This document shows positions 1 through 13,015 of a DNA stretch of 64,000 nt, in pieces (position 1 is the stretch's first letter; each line of letters opens with the position of its first letter). Under the pieces are notes generated by a model, which had not been told where the DNA came from, made no database searches, and was given only the letters and a program-made list of their open reading frames with translations. A program made the position numbers and the translations under genes. The stretch is from Botryllus schlosseri (lineage: Eukaryota), in NCBI GenBank assembly GCA_051294905.1, contig CM119372.1, forward strand, positions 14,696,001 to 14,760,000, given 5' to 3'.

Positions 1-62
1 ATGAGCTACCGATCAAGAAGCCCGATGCTCCACCGTTACGCTATTTTTCCGTTCGAATCTAG

Positions 63-3000
63 AAAGGCGTAGTTTTGATGGACGGCAACAATGTGAAGGA
101 CTTGAACGTGAAGTGGCTTCGAGATCAAATCGGCGTGGTCGCGCAGGAGCCCGTACTTTTCGACACCACCATCGGAGAAAATATTAAATGGGGCCGCAGC
201 GGCGTCGGCGATCAAGAAATTATCAGCGCCGCAAAGAAGGCAAACGCCTATGATTTTATCGTCAATCTTCCTAAGGTGAGCCATTGTCGAGTGAGTGAGT
301 CATTTTTCCTGATGAATGGTTGGAGTTTACTTAGGCTAGGGCTGGGATTAGATTAGGTCTGATACGGGTTAAGTTGCGTTGGGGCAGGGGTTCTTAACCT
401 GGGGTCCGCAGGCTAGTTTTCAGCGGACCATGAATGGCTAATGTTGAAATTGCAACTATAAACTATAAAAGTACATTGTCCTTAGTTATAAATCCGTCGT
501 TATTGTTGACTTAATTCGCTATTGTTATTTTGACTTGTTTTCAATCATCGGGCAACTTTTTAGGCATGAACTAGGCCAGATGACCATAGTCCTTGATTAG
601 GACTATGCTAAAGTGATGACCTTATATTCGTTTAAAATCCATTGCGTTAGGGTTTGTTTGGCTTAGGTTAGGATTAGTGTCCAGGGTTAGTTTTGGTTAG
701 GTTAGGTAAGGATTGGAATTAGCTTGAGTTGGGGTTATTTTCTCACAGAAATTCGACACTCTTGTCGGTGAAAGCGGAGGTCAGCTGAGTGGTGGTCAAA
801 AGCAACGCATCGCAATCGCGAGAGCAATCGTACGCGATCCAACTCTGCTGCTGCTCGACGAGGCCACGTCCGCTTTGGATACGGAAAGCGAATCTGTCGT
901 ACAGGCCGCGTTGGACAAAGCCTCCGCCGGTAATAATGTGAGGCCTGCAGAAGGGTCGGTCACGAAGTACTTCGATTACTAGACTGCTTGTATATCAAAT
1001 TAAAGTTCTTTGGCGAAACATTATGCTTTTTATCACTTATATTGAAAATGGAAAGTAAATTCGGGCTAGGTTTGCAACACTTTTACGAGTGAAGTTGTCA
1101 TAGTGTCTGGGTGAGAAAGCCTCTGTATCATGATAACAGAAAATAATATTGAAAATTCACTTATTTGCAGTGTCATTTTGCCTTAGTCGCAAAGATACGC
1201 CGTGCAATTTTAAGTAGCCACCTCTGACCAACTGCTGAAAGTATTCGACCCCCCGACCAAATCTACTTTTTGAAACCACTTACTTCACTACTTTTCAGAA
1301 CTTTTATCTATAGAGATCCACGGCTTTACTTCTACTTTTACTCAAGTGGCAATCCTTACTACCTCTGAATATCTGTTCCGACATGACTGCAAAGACACTC
1401 TTCAGACCTTTCAATTTCTACTACTTCTACTTGAGTTGCAATGCTGACTACTTTGACATCCTGTGGATGCCGGAAACGCGAAAATAGTAATATTACACGT
1501 GACGCTATGTCTCAACAGGACGCACGACTGTGGTGATAGCGCACAGATTGTCGACGATACGAAACGCCGACAAAATCGTGGCTTTCCACGAGGGAAAGGT
1601 GATGGAGGAAGGCACCCACGAGGAGCTGCTAAAGTTAGAGGATGGAGTGTATGCCAACTTAGTCAACATGCAGACTGTCAAGGCTGGTGATGCGGGGAAA
1701 CAAGATAATGTACCGGGTGCGTATCAATTTCCCCCATTTCTTCACAATCAATGTCAATCGGTGGTGATCTTCGATTGCGATAGAAATTGAACATGTTATA
1801 AATTCGGGACACTTTTATGAGCTATCATTCAACTTGTCCTGAGTTGATTGTATTGATAACTTGATCTGGGAAAAATCGGATACCCGAGTATTCGTGTCCC
1901 ACTTGTTGTGATGTCACAATGGTATAAACGATTTGGGAAAATATATCGCGTTGGAGATGTTTTGGTATTTTTTGCTGCAGACGTACTTGAGTCGAATCAT
2001 TTCAAACAATACTCGATTCGAAGTTGAGTACATATTGTAACCAGCCTGTCTCCATCGTCAAATGCACCTCAATGGCACACACGAAAATAAACGACCAAAA
2101 ACCTTTATATTTATCAATGAAAACAGGCTCGCTTATCAGGCCTGCAGAAAAGATTTTTCATTTTTATTTAGAGAAAAAGAGCAGCGTTGTTTCGTCGCAT
2201 TCCCTTGAAGGGACGGCCAAGGGAAGCGCAAAGAATCTAAAATCTACGTCGTCTTTGGCCGGATTTAGTGGCGATAAAGTAAGTCACCTTGACGTAATGC
2301 AGCCATTGATTATAAAACCCGTTCGATAATGTCTGGATACCGAATAATTATCTCATTTTAACTTCATGTTGATATCGACCCCATCATTAATTTTTATTTG
2401 TTGTTGGAAAATACACATTTATCAAGCCCCTTTCAGTGTAAACCCTTATCTCGTATCGCAAACCAGTTATGGTAATCGTTGCGTATAGCCTAATTGTAAT
2501 CAGGGCTGTTGAGTCGGAGTCTCAGTATATTTTGTCCTGTTAGCTTTGGTATATTGAAAATTGGAGAGAGCAGTAAATAGAACCTTTCGGGTTGGTAGAT
2601 AGAGCGATTGGTTTTATTCCTCACACCCCCCAAAAAAATATACAAAACGAAATGGCTGTATAGAGTTGGAGACGAGAGGCCTTCAGAGTCGGTCGACTTC
2701 CGTAATAATAGCTGATGCAAACTATGACTCATTATACAGATACATATATTAAACGCATGCACAGTTACAGCTACATGCAGCAACCATTTTTAATTATATG
2801 CCTAGAAAACAAAGGAATATATTGCATATAGTAAATGATATTAAAGAAATAAATAGAGACTATATTTCTAACAAGCGTGAAGTAGGTAACAGAATATAAT
2901 TATCCTGACATTCACCGTAATATTATACGGACTATGCATACGAAGATAGATATTTAACAATGTGTAGGAGATTATGCAACCAACATCTATCAACCAACAG

Positions 3001-6000
3001 TACACATTTATTATAGAGGTATGTTCATGAATGTTCATTGACTTGAACAACTGCTTTTGTAGAGCTTCTTGGAAATACAGAACTTCAATATACAATTGAA
3101 TATACTATTCAACTGCTTTTGTGTCCGTTCCAGGGCGAGGACGAAGTAGAGGAGAAGGAGGACCTTCCTGACGCTCCTTTTAAACGGATATTAGCCATGA
3201 ACAAGCCGGAAGCCGTTTATATCATATGTGAGGGAATTTTGAAATGTTCATTTCTGAATCTATGTGCCATTGTGTCGTTTTTTAGTCGGATGCATTTTCG
3301 CTGCTATCTCTGGCTCGGTCGACCCTCTCAATTCGATACTTTTCGCCTCCATTCTCACGATCTTCACGGAGGGGGACCTGGACGAACAGAACCGGCTGGC
3401 TATTTTGTACGCCGGGCTCTTTTTGGGTCTTGGGGCGGTGGCATTCTTGAGTTACACTTTGGAGGTGAATTTTAACCCGAAGATAGTGCGTGTGTGGTTG
3501 AAGATATGAGCAAACCCACTTTGGTTGAACTTACTTATCCGATGAATATACCTGTACTTATTTGAGGCAACTGCCGTTGTATATATGCGTGAAAGCTGTC
3601 AGGACAAAGACTCATGCATAACTGCTGTCTACTACTGTTGAATTAAGTACCCGTAAGTTGGCAATCCGTAAGAGGTTGACATCGATACTCTCACAGGTTA
3701 TTAGAGAAGACACATTTTATAGTAGGTTTGCTCATTTAAATCATGACATTGAGTACATCAGTCCGCAACGCCTCCTTGGTTGCAAAAAGCTTGTTACTTT
3801 GTTAAAAGTGCCCGATGAGATAGCGCAGTGATCGAATGTCCATTTCCTTGATTGGTTCTTGATCCATTGCTGGGTCGGACCAGAAATATCCTGTGTCAAT
3901 GCTAAATTGCATTAGTTAGCTGGTTACCAGTGAATTCGGTAAGTGTTGATTTCGGCACTTGACAGTCTCTAATCGTACCCTAACACAGGGGTGGGCAAAC
4001 TACGGCCCGCCAAATCCTCAATAAACGTAAAAATATTGATAAAATCAAAAAAATAAAATTACTTTGAGTACTTGATTAAACTTTTTCTTAATATATTTAG
4101 TTATATTCTTACCGTAGTATTTTTTTTATTGATAGCCCGACCTCGCGACCCATGCGTTTTGAAAGCTTTCAATTGCTAAACATTACAGAAAGTGAATCGT
4201 AAACGACTTGATTCGGACCACAAGTGTGATTTTAGATTAGCAACGCGAGCAAGTTTAATACTTTTTGTGTTGTATTTGGATTAGCCGATTCGCGAGTATG
4301 TTCGATAAATTCGTTTTTTGTATTTGTAGAATTATTTTTATTTATAAAATTTATATATCGTAGAAGCGCATTAAAAGGTAACACGGTTATGATGCTGTCA
4401 GCATTGTGTGTCCTGGAGTTAAACCAAAAGTACAATCAGCAAATCTACGAACAGATCGCTGCTCACAGACTCAAATTTACAACCAGTTTTAAGAATTGTG
4501 ACAACCGACCCTCATCCCTAGTTTTGACAATGAGAACGACCAGCATATTAATTCTTGTCAATGTTTCTGAAGCGTGTACGTTATCATCTCATCAATGTTT
4601 GGTTTGTTTTAAATATACAAATACATATAGATTATTTCCATGTTGTCGGTCACTATATAATCAAATAACAATATTGAATCTTGGCTTAGTATCACAATTT
4701 CATATAGTGCTGCCCACGAATGGATTCAAATGTTGAATGCGGCCCGCGAGCTAAAAAGTTTGCCCACCCCTGCCCTAACGTGTATTCTAACCCCCAATCC
4801 GTATACAGTAATGCATACATATCAAGTGCCTGGCGGATATCACCATTCACTTTGATAAAACATTATTTTTCAAATTCAATATTGATGCATCATTTTCATA
4901 ATAATAAGGATTATTACATTTCTAATGGAAAATCTACCATGTGCCAAATTCACTAGTATCCAGCTAGCCTGTATTGCCCCCGTACGACTCATTGGCGATG
5001 ACCCATCTTAGTTTGATTGCGCATTTCAAAACTTAGTGAATGCGTAACCAGTGCTCAGAATGAAGAATAGACTTACATTGTTATTTCTCCGTCCAGGCCA
5101 CGTTTTTCTCGAAATCAGGAATGGAATTGACCACTCGCTTGAGGCAAAAGTCTTTCAAAGCCGTGCTCCGACAGGACATCTCCTACTTTGACGATCACAA
5201 GCACAGCACCGGTGCTTTGTGCAGCAGACTTGCCACAGACGCAGCCAGAGTACATGGATGTACCGGCGTGCGGATAGGCACGATGCTCAAGAACTTTAGC
5301 TCACTCGGTAAGCGCGGAGGCTTCATGTTCACAATCGTTTTTGTTCTGATCATTCGAGATACTGCCAATTTCGCAGGTGTTGCTCTCGGTATATCGTTTG
5401 CGTACAGCTGGGAGTTGACACTGTGTACGCTCGCGTTTGTCCCTTTTCTCATTATCGGCGGATTTTTGGAGATGTCTCTCTTGATGGGACAGGCGGAAGA
5501 AGAGAAATCGGCTTATGAAGAAGCCAGTGAGTGCTTTACACACTTCATCTCAATCGTGGTTTTTCTCTTTATGCAATCTGGTGGTGGCCCGACGCTTTGT
5601 TGGCTATTTCTCGTAACGTTTACCGACTCCGTTATTCAGGTAAAATTGCCACCGAAGCCATGATCAACATAAGAACGGTCGCTTCTCTGACCAAGGAGGA
5701 AGCCGTTTTTCATCTTTACCAAGAAAAATTGAAAATACCCGCCCGGTATGCGAGATGAAACAAATGAATGAGAATTACATTATCGGTATTTCTTATTCTT
5801 GCCAGAAACGCCAATAAGAAGGCCCTCTTCACGGGTCTCGGTTACGGATTCTCTCAATGCGTGATATACTTTGCATACGCCGGCGTCTTCCGTCTGGGCC
5901 TCTATCTCGTTGAATACAACGGCGAAGACTTTGAAAGTATCTTCATGTGAGCATTCTTTCCATTACATTCAGCTGTCATCATGTTAACTGTCCGGGTTTC

Positions 6001-9000
6001 GTGTTCTTCATGCTTATTTTTGCTATCTCAGATAATCAAACTACAAAGTACTGATGCACTATTGGGTATTTGTGATCTAGTTGTCAAGTCCTATGACGCT
6101 ACTACCACCGTGTTGCATATTTTTTAATGTGCAAATTCAGCAACTCTCATCTTTAATTGACTTTCATATTCATTAAGTAATTGGATTTAGCTTGAATATT
6201 AAGTGATATCGCTATGGGATTAGTGCGTATGAGTCGGCACTGAAATAAATGACAGCTTGACGGAATGCATGTCTCGTATCATATAAACGGGCAGCTACAT
6301 TATTACGGAGTCTGAGAATAGAACTGATACTATATAGTGTGCCAGAATACGGGTCATTACTAATAATCTATGTGATGTTATCTCGGGACAGTGTGTTAAC
6401 CGCTGTTATCTTTGGAGCGATGGCTGTCGGTCAGAACAGCTCTTTTGCGCCGGATATTGCCGAGGCCCAAATTTCTGCTGCCAGAATGGTTGCGCTTTTG
6501 GACAGCAAGCCTGAAATTGACGCGTACAGCGATGAAGGCCTTCAGCCGGTGAGTGGTGAAATTTCCTTAACTACTGTATAGTGTGTATTCCCCTAATCCT
6601 ATTTTACAGGCTGCTTGTAAAGGATCAGTTGCATTCGATAAAGTCAAATTTTCCTACCCTACGCGTCAGGATTCCCTAGTTTTGAAAGGATGCGATTTTG
6701 AAGTGCCTAGCGGCTCGACACTGGCCTTAGTAGGACAGTCTGGGTGTGGAAAATCAACTTCTGTACAACTTATCGAGAGATTTTACGATGCCGATGAAGG
6801 CACAGTGGTATGTATTTGACAAGTTGAATCGTTTATGTAGGTCCGTCCTGGTTCACAATATGTGTCTCGCCCGTAAATTCAGAGGTCTCAATTGTGTTTC
6901 ACGATTATGGGAGTTAGTAACGATTGCAATTGTGCTTCCTCTTGGAATTTATTATATAATCGTGCTGTCATTTGTTATTTACTTGTATATTTTTCATCCA
7001 AACAAAATAAATGACCAACTGACAGCATGAATGATAATACACAGTAGAGGCATACACATTATTTGGTATTGGATAGGATCGAAATGCCCTTTCAGGTCAA
7101 CCAGTCTGATCACACCCGTATCAAACAAGCACACCGTCTCTACATGATGTGGTCAGAAAGACCAGAATAAATATGTGATAGTAGCAAGTGATATAAAATT
7201 GGAAGCAATGTCAGGCTAAGCAGGGAAATTGTGGTAAATCCTTTATAAATCTATCATACATCAATTCTCCTCCATTTCATCAGCCTGCAAACCCGATGAT
7301 GCTAACCATTACTGTGATTTCACGATTTGCTGAAATTTGCTAATTGATTTTCGCAGTTGATGGACAGAACAGACATTAAATCATTAAACGTAACATGGAT
7401 GCGCCAACAGATGGGCATCGTCGCTCAAATGCCGGTTCTCTTCAATCTCAGCATCAAGGAGAATATCTTGTAAGTGTGCAGGAATTTATGTGCTCGGAAC
7501 CCTAATATTGAAGGGATAAATTCACTGATGAATTGTCTAGCTCGCTGAAAAATTTGGATTTGAATAAAATAGTATTTACGGTGGTCACCACTATAATAAA
7601 TAATTAAAGAATTGGTCACCGTAAATACTATTTTATTCATAATCCAAATTTTTCGACGGCAATAACTCCGCTTGTACTGGCTGGAATTCAACAAAATTTG
7701 GTGAACATCGTTTCTATAGACACCCTAACACTTTCATGGGGTGAACAGAAAATTTTCAAATTTTTTGTTATTTATTTTCAGATAATAAATAGAAACTTTC
7801 TTCTCGTGTAGCAATGCGGCTACTGGTTGGAATTGAACCAAATTTGGTGTGTAGGCTTAAATTAGGTAACCTAACAATTTTATCAAGTAGCAAGTATCAA
7901 GATTTGAGAAAAAAAGTCATTTTTGAAGAGCCCTAATGTACAACTATGGTGCATGCATTTCAGCCTTGAATTCTATCATTGTTATTTCAATTACCGGGAA
8001 ATCTCTGCCTACTCTATGTGCAGAGGTGGTCATGGTCAGTAACTAAGTAATTCTACTGTCTTGGAGTACTCGAATGGGGTTCTTAAGCTACTTAAGTGGC
8101 TACGTTTTGAACTACTTCTACTTAACTTCTATTGCAACAGCTGCTTTATTTGAGATAAAGTCTCATCACTTTGATGACCGAAATCGCTGTAAAAACTGAT
8201 GAACGCATTCTGAATATAATTTTAAAAACTGCACATCTGTCATTCCGTTTTTGTGCCTGAATGTCTGAAAAATCTAAATCTTTTTACTTGAGTTGTTTTC
8301 ATTCACTCATTTTCTTCTACTCCATGTAGTTTTCGAATGACTTGAAAATAGTATCTTGTTCTTGAGTATTATTTATGGCCACTGTGACCACCGCTGCGTA
8401 AGTTTGTTTCATAAGCATATCCGAATAAGTATACTCTTTTCTGCAGACTTGGCGATAGAGCCCAGGAACACACTCAGGAAGACGTAGTGCAAGCTGCCAA
8501 AGAAGCTAACATCCACGATTTTGTAATATCATTACCAGACGTATGTTGCAAGTTAATGTCGCAGTACAGTTTCCGTCATCGATTATGCGTAATCTTGAAG
8601 GGATACAACACGAAGGCCGGTAGAAAAGGAGGTCAGCTATCCGGGGGTCAAAAGCAAAGAATCGCGATAGCCAGGGCCTTGCTGAGGAGACCGAAAATAT
8701 TGTTGTTGGACGAAGCCACGTCCGCGTTAGATACTGAGAGCGAAAAGGTGACAGACATGGGAGATAAGTATAGATATCATCAGAGATGGTCAAAGTCGTA
8801 CTCAAGTAGAAGTAGTGATTCTCAAGACATATCAAAACTGGTCCCTGGACAAAGGAGCATGCGACATTCACGTATGTGGTGAGGGTTAAAGTGAGGTTTG
8901 TCGTTGTTTCAGACTTATATTTCAGGCTCGGTTAGGGTTGAGGGTTAATTTTGGGTTTCGAGTTTGTTGTATGGTTCTATCAGTTATGTTTGGTTTATTT

Positions 9001-12000
9001 GTTTTGAAAATATCTTCAGTTACCATGGTATGGGGCTATTTCACCTAGTCTAGTCGGTAGGGGCAACATAATAAGTAGTGTTACAAAAAGTAGAAATACT
9101 TTGTAACTGTCCACCTCCAGATACCAACATCAATGTGTCCAGATTTGGTGCAGCATTTGATACCATGCTTGTGTTAGATTGTTCAAGAAGCGCTCGACAA
9201 AGCCCGAGAGGGTCGGACCAGCATAATCATCGCGCATCGACTGTCCACTGTTAAAAACGCCGACATCATAGCAGTCGTAGATAATGGAACAGTTGTGGAA
9301 ACGGGCACACATGATGAACTTCTCAAGAAACGTGCCGCATATTATAGGTAATGATCTATTCTGATAACGATTATATTTGGGTTGAATATTGAGCATGGAT
9401 TGCTCTGTATGCTTTGCTGCGCAGAATTTGCAATTAACTTCTTGACTTCACTATAACAAAAGATATAGATTGAAATTTAAGCTGCAACAAGCCGCCGACA
9501 AGATAGCGTAATGGTGAAGCGTCCAGATTCTTGATCGGTAGGTCGTGGGTTCGATCCCCGGCCGGGTCAGACCAATCCCCGGCCGGGTCAGACCAAAGAC
9601 CTTGTTAGTAACACTGGTATCCATTACTTCCCTTCTTGGCGCTCATGCATTACTGGGATAGCATGGAGGGTTGGTGCATGACTTAGAAAGCCGTAAAGGC
9701 TATATTCTGCACTTCCTTGTCCAGCGGCATATGCACATCATCCGCTCATGGCATATGCACAGATCGTGTGTATGTGTATCATGAGTCGGCGTATATGCCG
9801 CAAAAACATCAAGGACAAAAATAAACTATGTCCTTTTCTTTCCTTTCCTGCAAGACGACACGACAGCTCGATTGAGCTTTGAGATAGACAGTAGTTTGAC
9901 CATATTTCGGGCAAAATTAAAAAAGGCGTGTCTAAGCTCAATGGAATTGTCATGTCATTACTTCTAAAGACAAATCGGCGCAGTGCCTTGGTTATTCAAT
10001 ATGACTTGCGGCTGGCTATATCCGTCGCAAAACTTTGTCCGAGCAAATAACAGCTCAACCTGAACACTTGGTTAGAGGGGATGCGTTCAGCGGCAATTTT
10101 ATGAGAATCTCTCTCGGGATAGGAAACCAGATCTAGAATTGAAGTAGATGATAATTGAATTGACTCGTAAAAATCCCTGTACGGTGATTGTTACGCTACT
10201 AGTAAACTACTTACGTCTCGATTGACTGTGTTGCCTAGTCGTACTCAGTCCGTCTGCAGCATTCCTTATCACATCCTAGCCAAAATCATTGCTTGTTTGG
10301 TTGGAGCCAACTAATCTGCAGCGAGATGCCTGTATTGGATTACCGACACTCAGTCATGCAGTGTTGTAATGCCTCGCGATTTTTTGGCGACTCGAGTTAT
10401 GTTCTAAAATACGGAAAATGACTCGACTTGGTCAATTTGTGCATGATTCGACTTGTCCTCGAGACTTGGACGGCCAAGACAGGCATTTCATTGTGACTTC
10501 GAAGAATAGTAAAGTTCCCACATTGGTATTTGGTCACTCAGTACCAGTGTTGGGATCAAGTCACTACCTTCGAGTCACGAGTCATTTCGAGTCATTGCAC
10601 ATTTTGACTCGAGTCAAGTCAAGTCAATTGCCTTTCGAAGGTGACTTGAGTCAAGTCAAGTCACTCGATTTTTTGAGGTGACTCGAGTCAAGTCGAGTCG
10701 AGTCAAGTCACGAGTCAAGTCAAGTTGCCTTTTCGAAGTATGAGGCATGAATACGTCATTGCATTTTGCTAGCTCTCTGAAATACAGATTGAGTGGTCAT
10801 TGATTTTGAACCGATGTACGAATATAGAGTTAAATGTTCAGTACACGCAAGAAGGCGCTGTATCGCTCACATATACGTAGAACTGTGAAACTACGTAAGT
10901 AATTGCACAGCCTCAGTTTATAGTTACCAGCCAAAATAGAGAAAAGAATTGGTATGATACAATTCAAGCCTGCGCCAATGGTTGAGGAGTACATAAGCTA
11001 TATTTGAATTCATTTTCAATAAAACAAGATGTTTGGCTAAGGTAAGAACAGAGAACAGAGATGGATATTTTGCTGTTAAATTACTTTACTATTAGTTTAC
11101 AACAACGCAAGCTGTGAGCTTCGATCACTTCGTTTGTTGTCAATTTATTAGTGAAAAAACAACGGAGGCTCAGTAAAACACACGATCATTGAATGATCGG
11201 TCGCTCTCACGGGTTACAACAGCGTTTCACGAACATATGGAAGATACAGTGATTTTTACCGACACCGATTACTTGATGACTTGAAATTGACTCGTGAATT
11301 TTGCTCCGAGTCACGAGTCAATCCGCATTTCTGATACGCCGAGTCAAGTCAAGTCATTTTAGCAAAGTGACTCGAGTCAAGTCAAGTCATACGAAAAAGG
11401 TGACTCTAGTCTGACTCGAGTCAAGTCATGACTCGAATCATCCCAACACTGCTCAGTACTGGTAATTGAAGATAGGGCCGGAAAGTATTATGAGTGAGAA
11501 AAATTGGTATATTATGAATCCGAATAGGAATGAATAGGAAGCACAATGACCTTGTCTATCCTCAAGATTACCGGACCACGACTGACATGCCACCCCAATT
11601 TTGTCGTTTGCTTTTTTCTATACTATCTTCTTTACTTTTCATTCAGTGTGCATGCCTCCTCTTTACATCGCCTAGGCCAAGGTGACTGTCTGAGTCCATA
11701 GACTACTCCAAGTCGCTTCGACACCTTCCTATCTTTTCATTGTATCGCATTTTTGTGGTGTGTTGAACTGATAAAATTGCTAATATACCAATGATGATGA
11801 TGATGATGATGAAACCGGGACACGGACTCGAGTCTCAACACTATGACTCAGACTCGACCCCCTGCACGCCGACTTGGATTCGGTGGTGAATTGAAAATGA
11901 CTCTGCTTCACTCGAGTCAACACCAAGAGTGTCAGATTGACTTGTGACTCGGAATCTCGTGACTTGATTACAACCCTGTAGTTATCCATACTCGCATCCT

Positions 12001-12142
12001 AGCAAACTTGAGTTGGGTTTACCTAAGCCGGGCTCATAAGATTCTGCATCGCAATTCGCAATATTACAACGAACAGCACTCGGATTATTGACCATAATTA
12101 TTTTTCAGCCTTGTTAACGCACAGCTAACGCACGACGACTGA
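63..12142 (+). CDS. ABCB1: ABCB1/MDR1-like full ABC transporter, paralog A (5' part outside window; second half of NBD1, linker, TMD2, NBD2)
   Basis: Spliced exons with GT-AG borders and consistent phase: 63-275, 749-929, 1519-1716, 2172-2278, 3134-3227, 3286-3464, 5097-5307, 5377-5526, 5640-5745, 5806-5946, 6392-6548, 6610-6807, 7357-7469, 8447-8540, 8601-8747, 9178-9347, 12109-12142 (ends [11 protein letters not shown]). Motifs: [40 protein letters not shown] in NBD1; [31 protein letters not shown] in NBD2. Exon lengths match paralog B except the two linker exons. Symbol denotes family (ABCB1/4/5-like); orthology not tested. Confidence 0.93.
3986..4772. mobile_element. hAT (Buster/Charlie-type) MITE
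   Basis: TIRs CAGGGGTGGGCAAACT / AGTTTGCCCACCCCTG, subterminal GGCCCGC, TSD ccctaaca/ccctaacg. Confidence 0.88.
8021..8396. mobile_element. Degenerate MITE rich in CTACTT/AGTA motifs
   Basis: TIRs CAGAGGTGGTCA / TGACCACCGCTG; no clear TSD. Related fragments at ~1050-1460, ~38620-38930, ~42780-42890 and ~49540-49800. Confidence 0.6.
9494..9765 (+). mobile_element. tRNA-derived SINE
   Basis: Pol III A box TAGCGTAATGG and B box GGTTCGATCCC followed by a non-tRNA body. An inverted copy lies at 48988-49228 and an inverted head fragment at 6-43. Confidence 0.85.
10545..11451. mobile_element. hAT MITE with GAGTCAAGTC subterminal arrays
   Basis: TIRs CAGTGTTGGGAT / ATCCCAACACTG; perfect TSD ctcagtac (10537-10544 and 11452-11459). 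Confidence 0.92.
11560..11812 (+). mobile_element. Retroposon (LINE/SINE) 3' end with (GAT)n tail
   Basis: Similar to ~50690-50930 (shared CTTTTCATTGTATCGCA) and to an inverted piece at ~51196-51365 that ends in (TAACA)n; terminates in a microsatellite tail. Confidence 0.45.
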
Positions 12143-12342
12143 GCAGCACCATCGGCTTCCAGTGTCACCACCATATTTTTCAATACGTTTTGCCTGTTTT
12201 TAACCAAGTTACGAAGTTCGCATTTTACTTGTATTTATTGTTCGGGATCGGCGTAACGCCGATCAAATTTCCCTGGTGTTTTTTGTTCCGCCTCAATCTT
12301 ATATGATGTCTTTATGAGTTCACACGAAACTTGCTGCTGAGA

Positions 12343-12348
12343 AATAAA
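12343..12348 (+). other. Candidate polyadenylation signal of paralog A
   Basis: AATAAA about 200 nt after the stop codon, followed by GT/T-rich sequence. Confidence 0.4.
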
Positions 12349-12513
12349 AAAAAGGTTCTCGTTTTGATGAAGTCTGTTTCTGCATCGTCTACGATTGAAG
12401 CATGTGTGTGCGGTTGACTTTCTATGAAAAAGGACGTGCGAAGGTCCTGTGAGAAGTTCGGCACGCAGGGAAGCAAAACTACTTGGTTTTCATGGGTAAT
12501 TAGAGCTAACGAC

Positions 12514-13015
12514 TTGGGCTGGGCACAATGATTCGAGTACTCGAATCTGAATCGAGTATTAATTTTGATGATTCGAGTCGAGTAGTAAAAGACGATTTTT
12601 TCGAATACTGAAATTATACGCTCCTCGCAACTGAAAGTTAATTTACTAACGAGAGTTATAGTTTTGGTAATATTTTCCAATGAGGAAGCCTTAAAACCTT
12701 GATTGGCGGCATCTCAGCATACGAGACATAGTACAAAGCTAGGAACGTTACTGGAAATAACACATTTCCGAAGTCATGATCATCCCACCACATTGTCAAG
12801 AAGTGCAATGAAATCGGGATGGTCGAAAAAATACCACAGTATCTTTAATGTGACGGATAAGAGGCATTATGTTCTTCGTGGTGGCATAAAAGGTACATAT
12901 TTTAACTTTGACATAGTACATTCGGTTGTGACGTCATAATGAGTGATACTCGACTCGAAGCATTTTACGTGACTCAGAATCGAATCACCCAGGTACTCGA
13001 TTTTGCCCAGCCCTA
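12514..13015. mobile_element. hAT MITE (TAGGGCTGGGCA family, CGAGT/CGAAT motifs)
   Basis: TIRs TTGGGCTGGGCA / TGCCCAGCCCTA; perfect TSD ctaacgac. Inverted copy at 55228-55705; fragments near 22210-22300 and 50430-50600. Confidence 0.88.

Larger units (their letters stand above)
10359..11978. mobile_element. Old hAT-like MITE (GACTCGAG-rich) hosting younger insertions
   Basis: TIRs CAGTGTTGTAAT / ATTACAACCCTG (1 mismatch), GACTCG/GACTTG motifs near both ends, weak TSD cagtcatg/tagttatc (5 of 8). Confidence 0.55.

Noticed and set aside
325..740. Interstitial telomeric repeat (TTAGG-rich)
   Set aside because: Degenerate GGTTA-rich low complexity without a regular array, interrupted by a MITE remnant at ~385.
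9494..9570. tRNA gene
   Set aside because: Has A and B boxes but no proper acceptor stem or terminator, and continues into a body shared with another dispersed copy, so it is a SINE head. The same applies to 51530-51600.
10560..10730. CRISPR-like or iteron arrays (GAGTCAAGTC, GTAATC, GTGAAC)
   Set aside because: No constant repeat with unique spacers; eukaryotic context; arrays sit between TIRs and TSDs.
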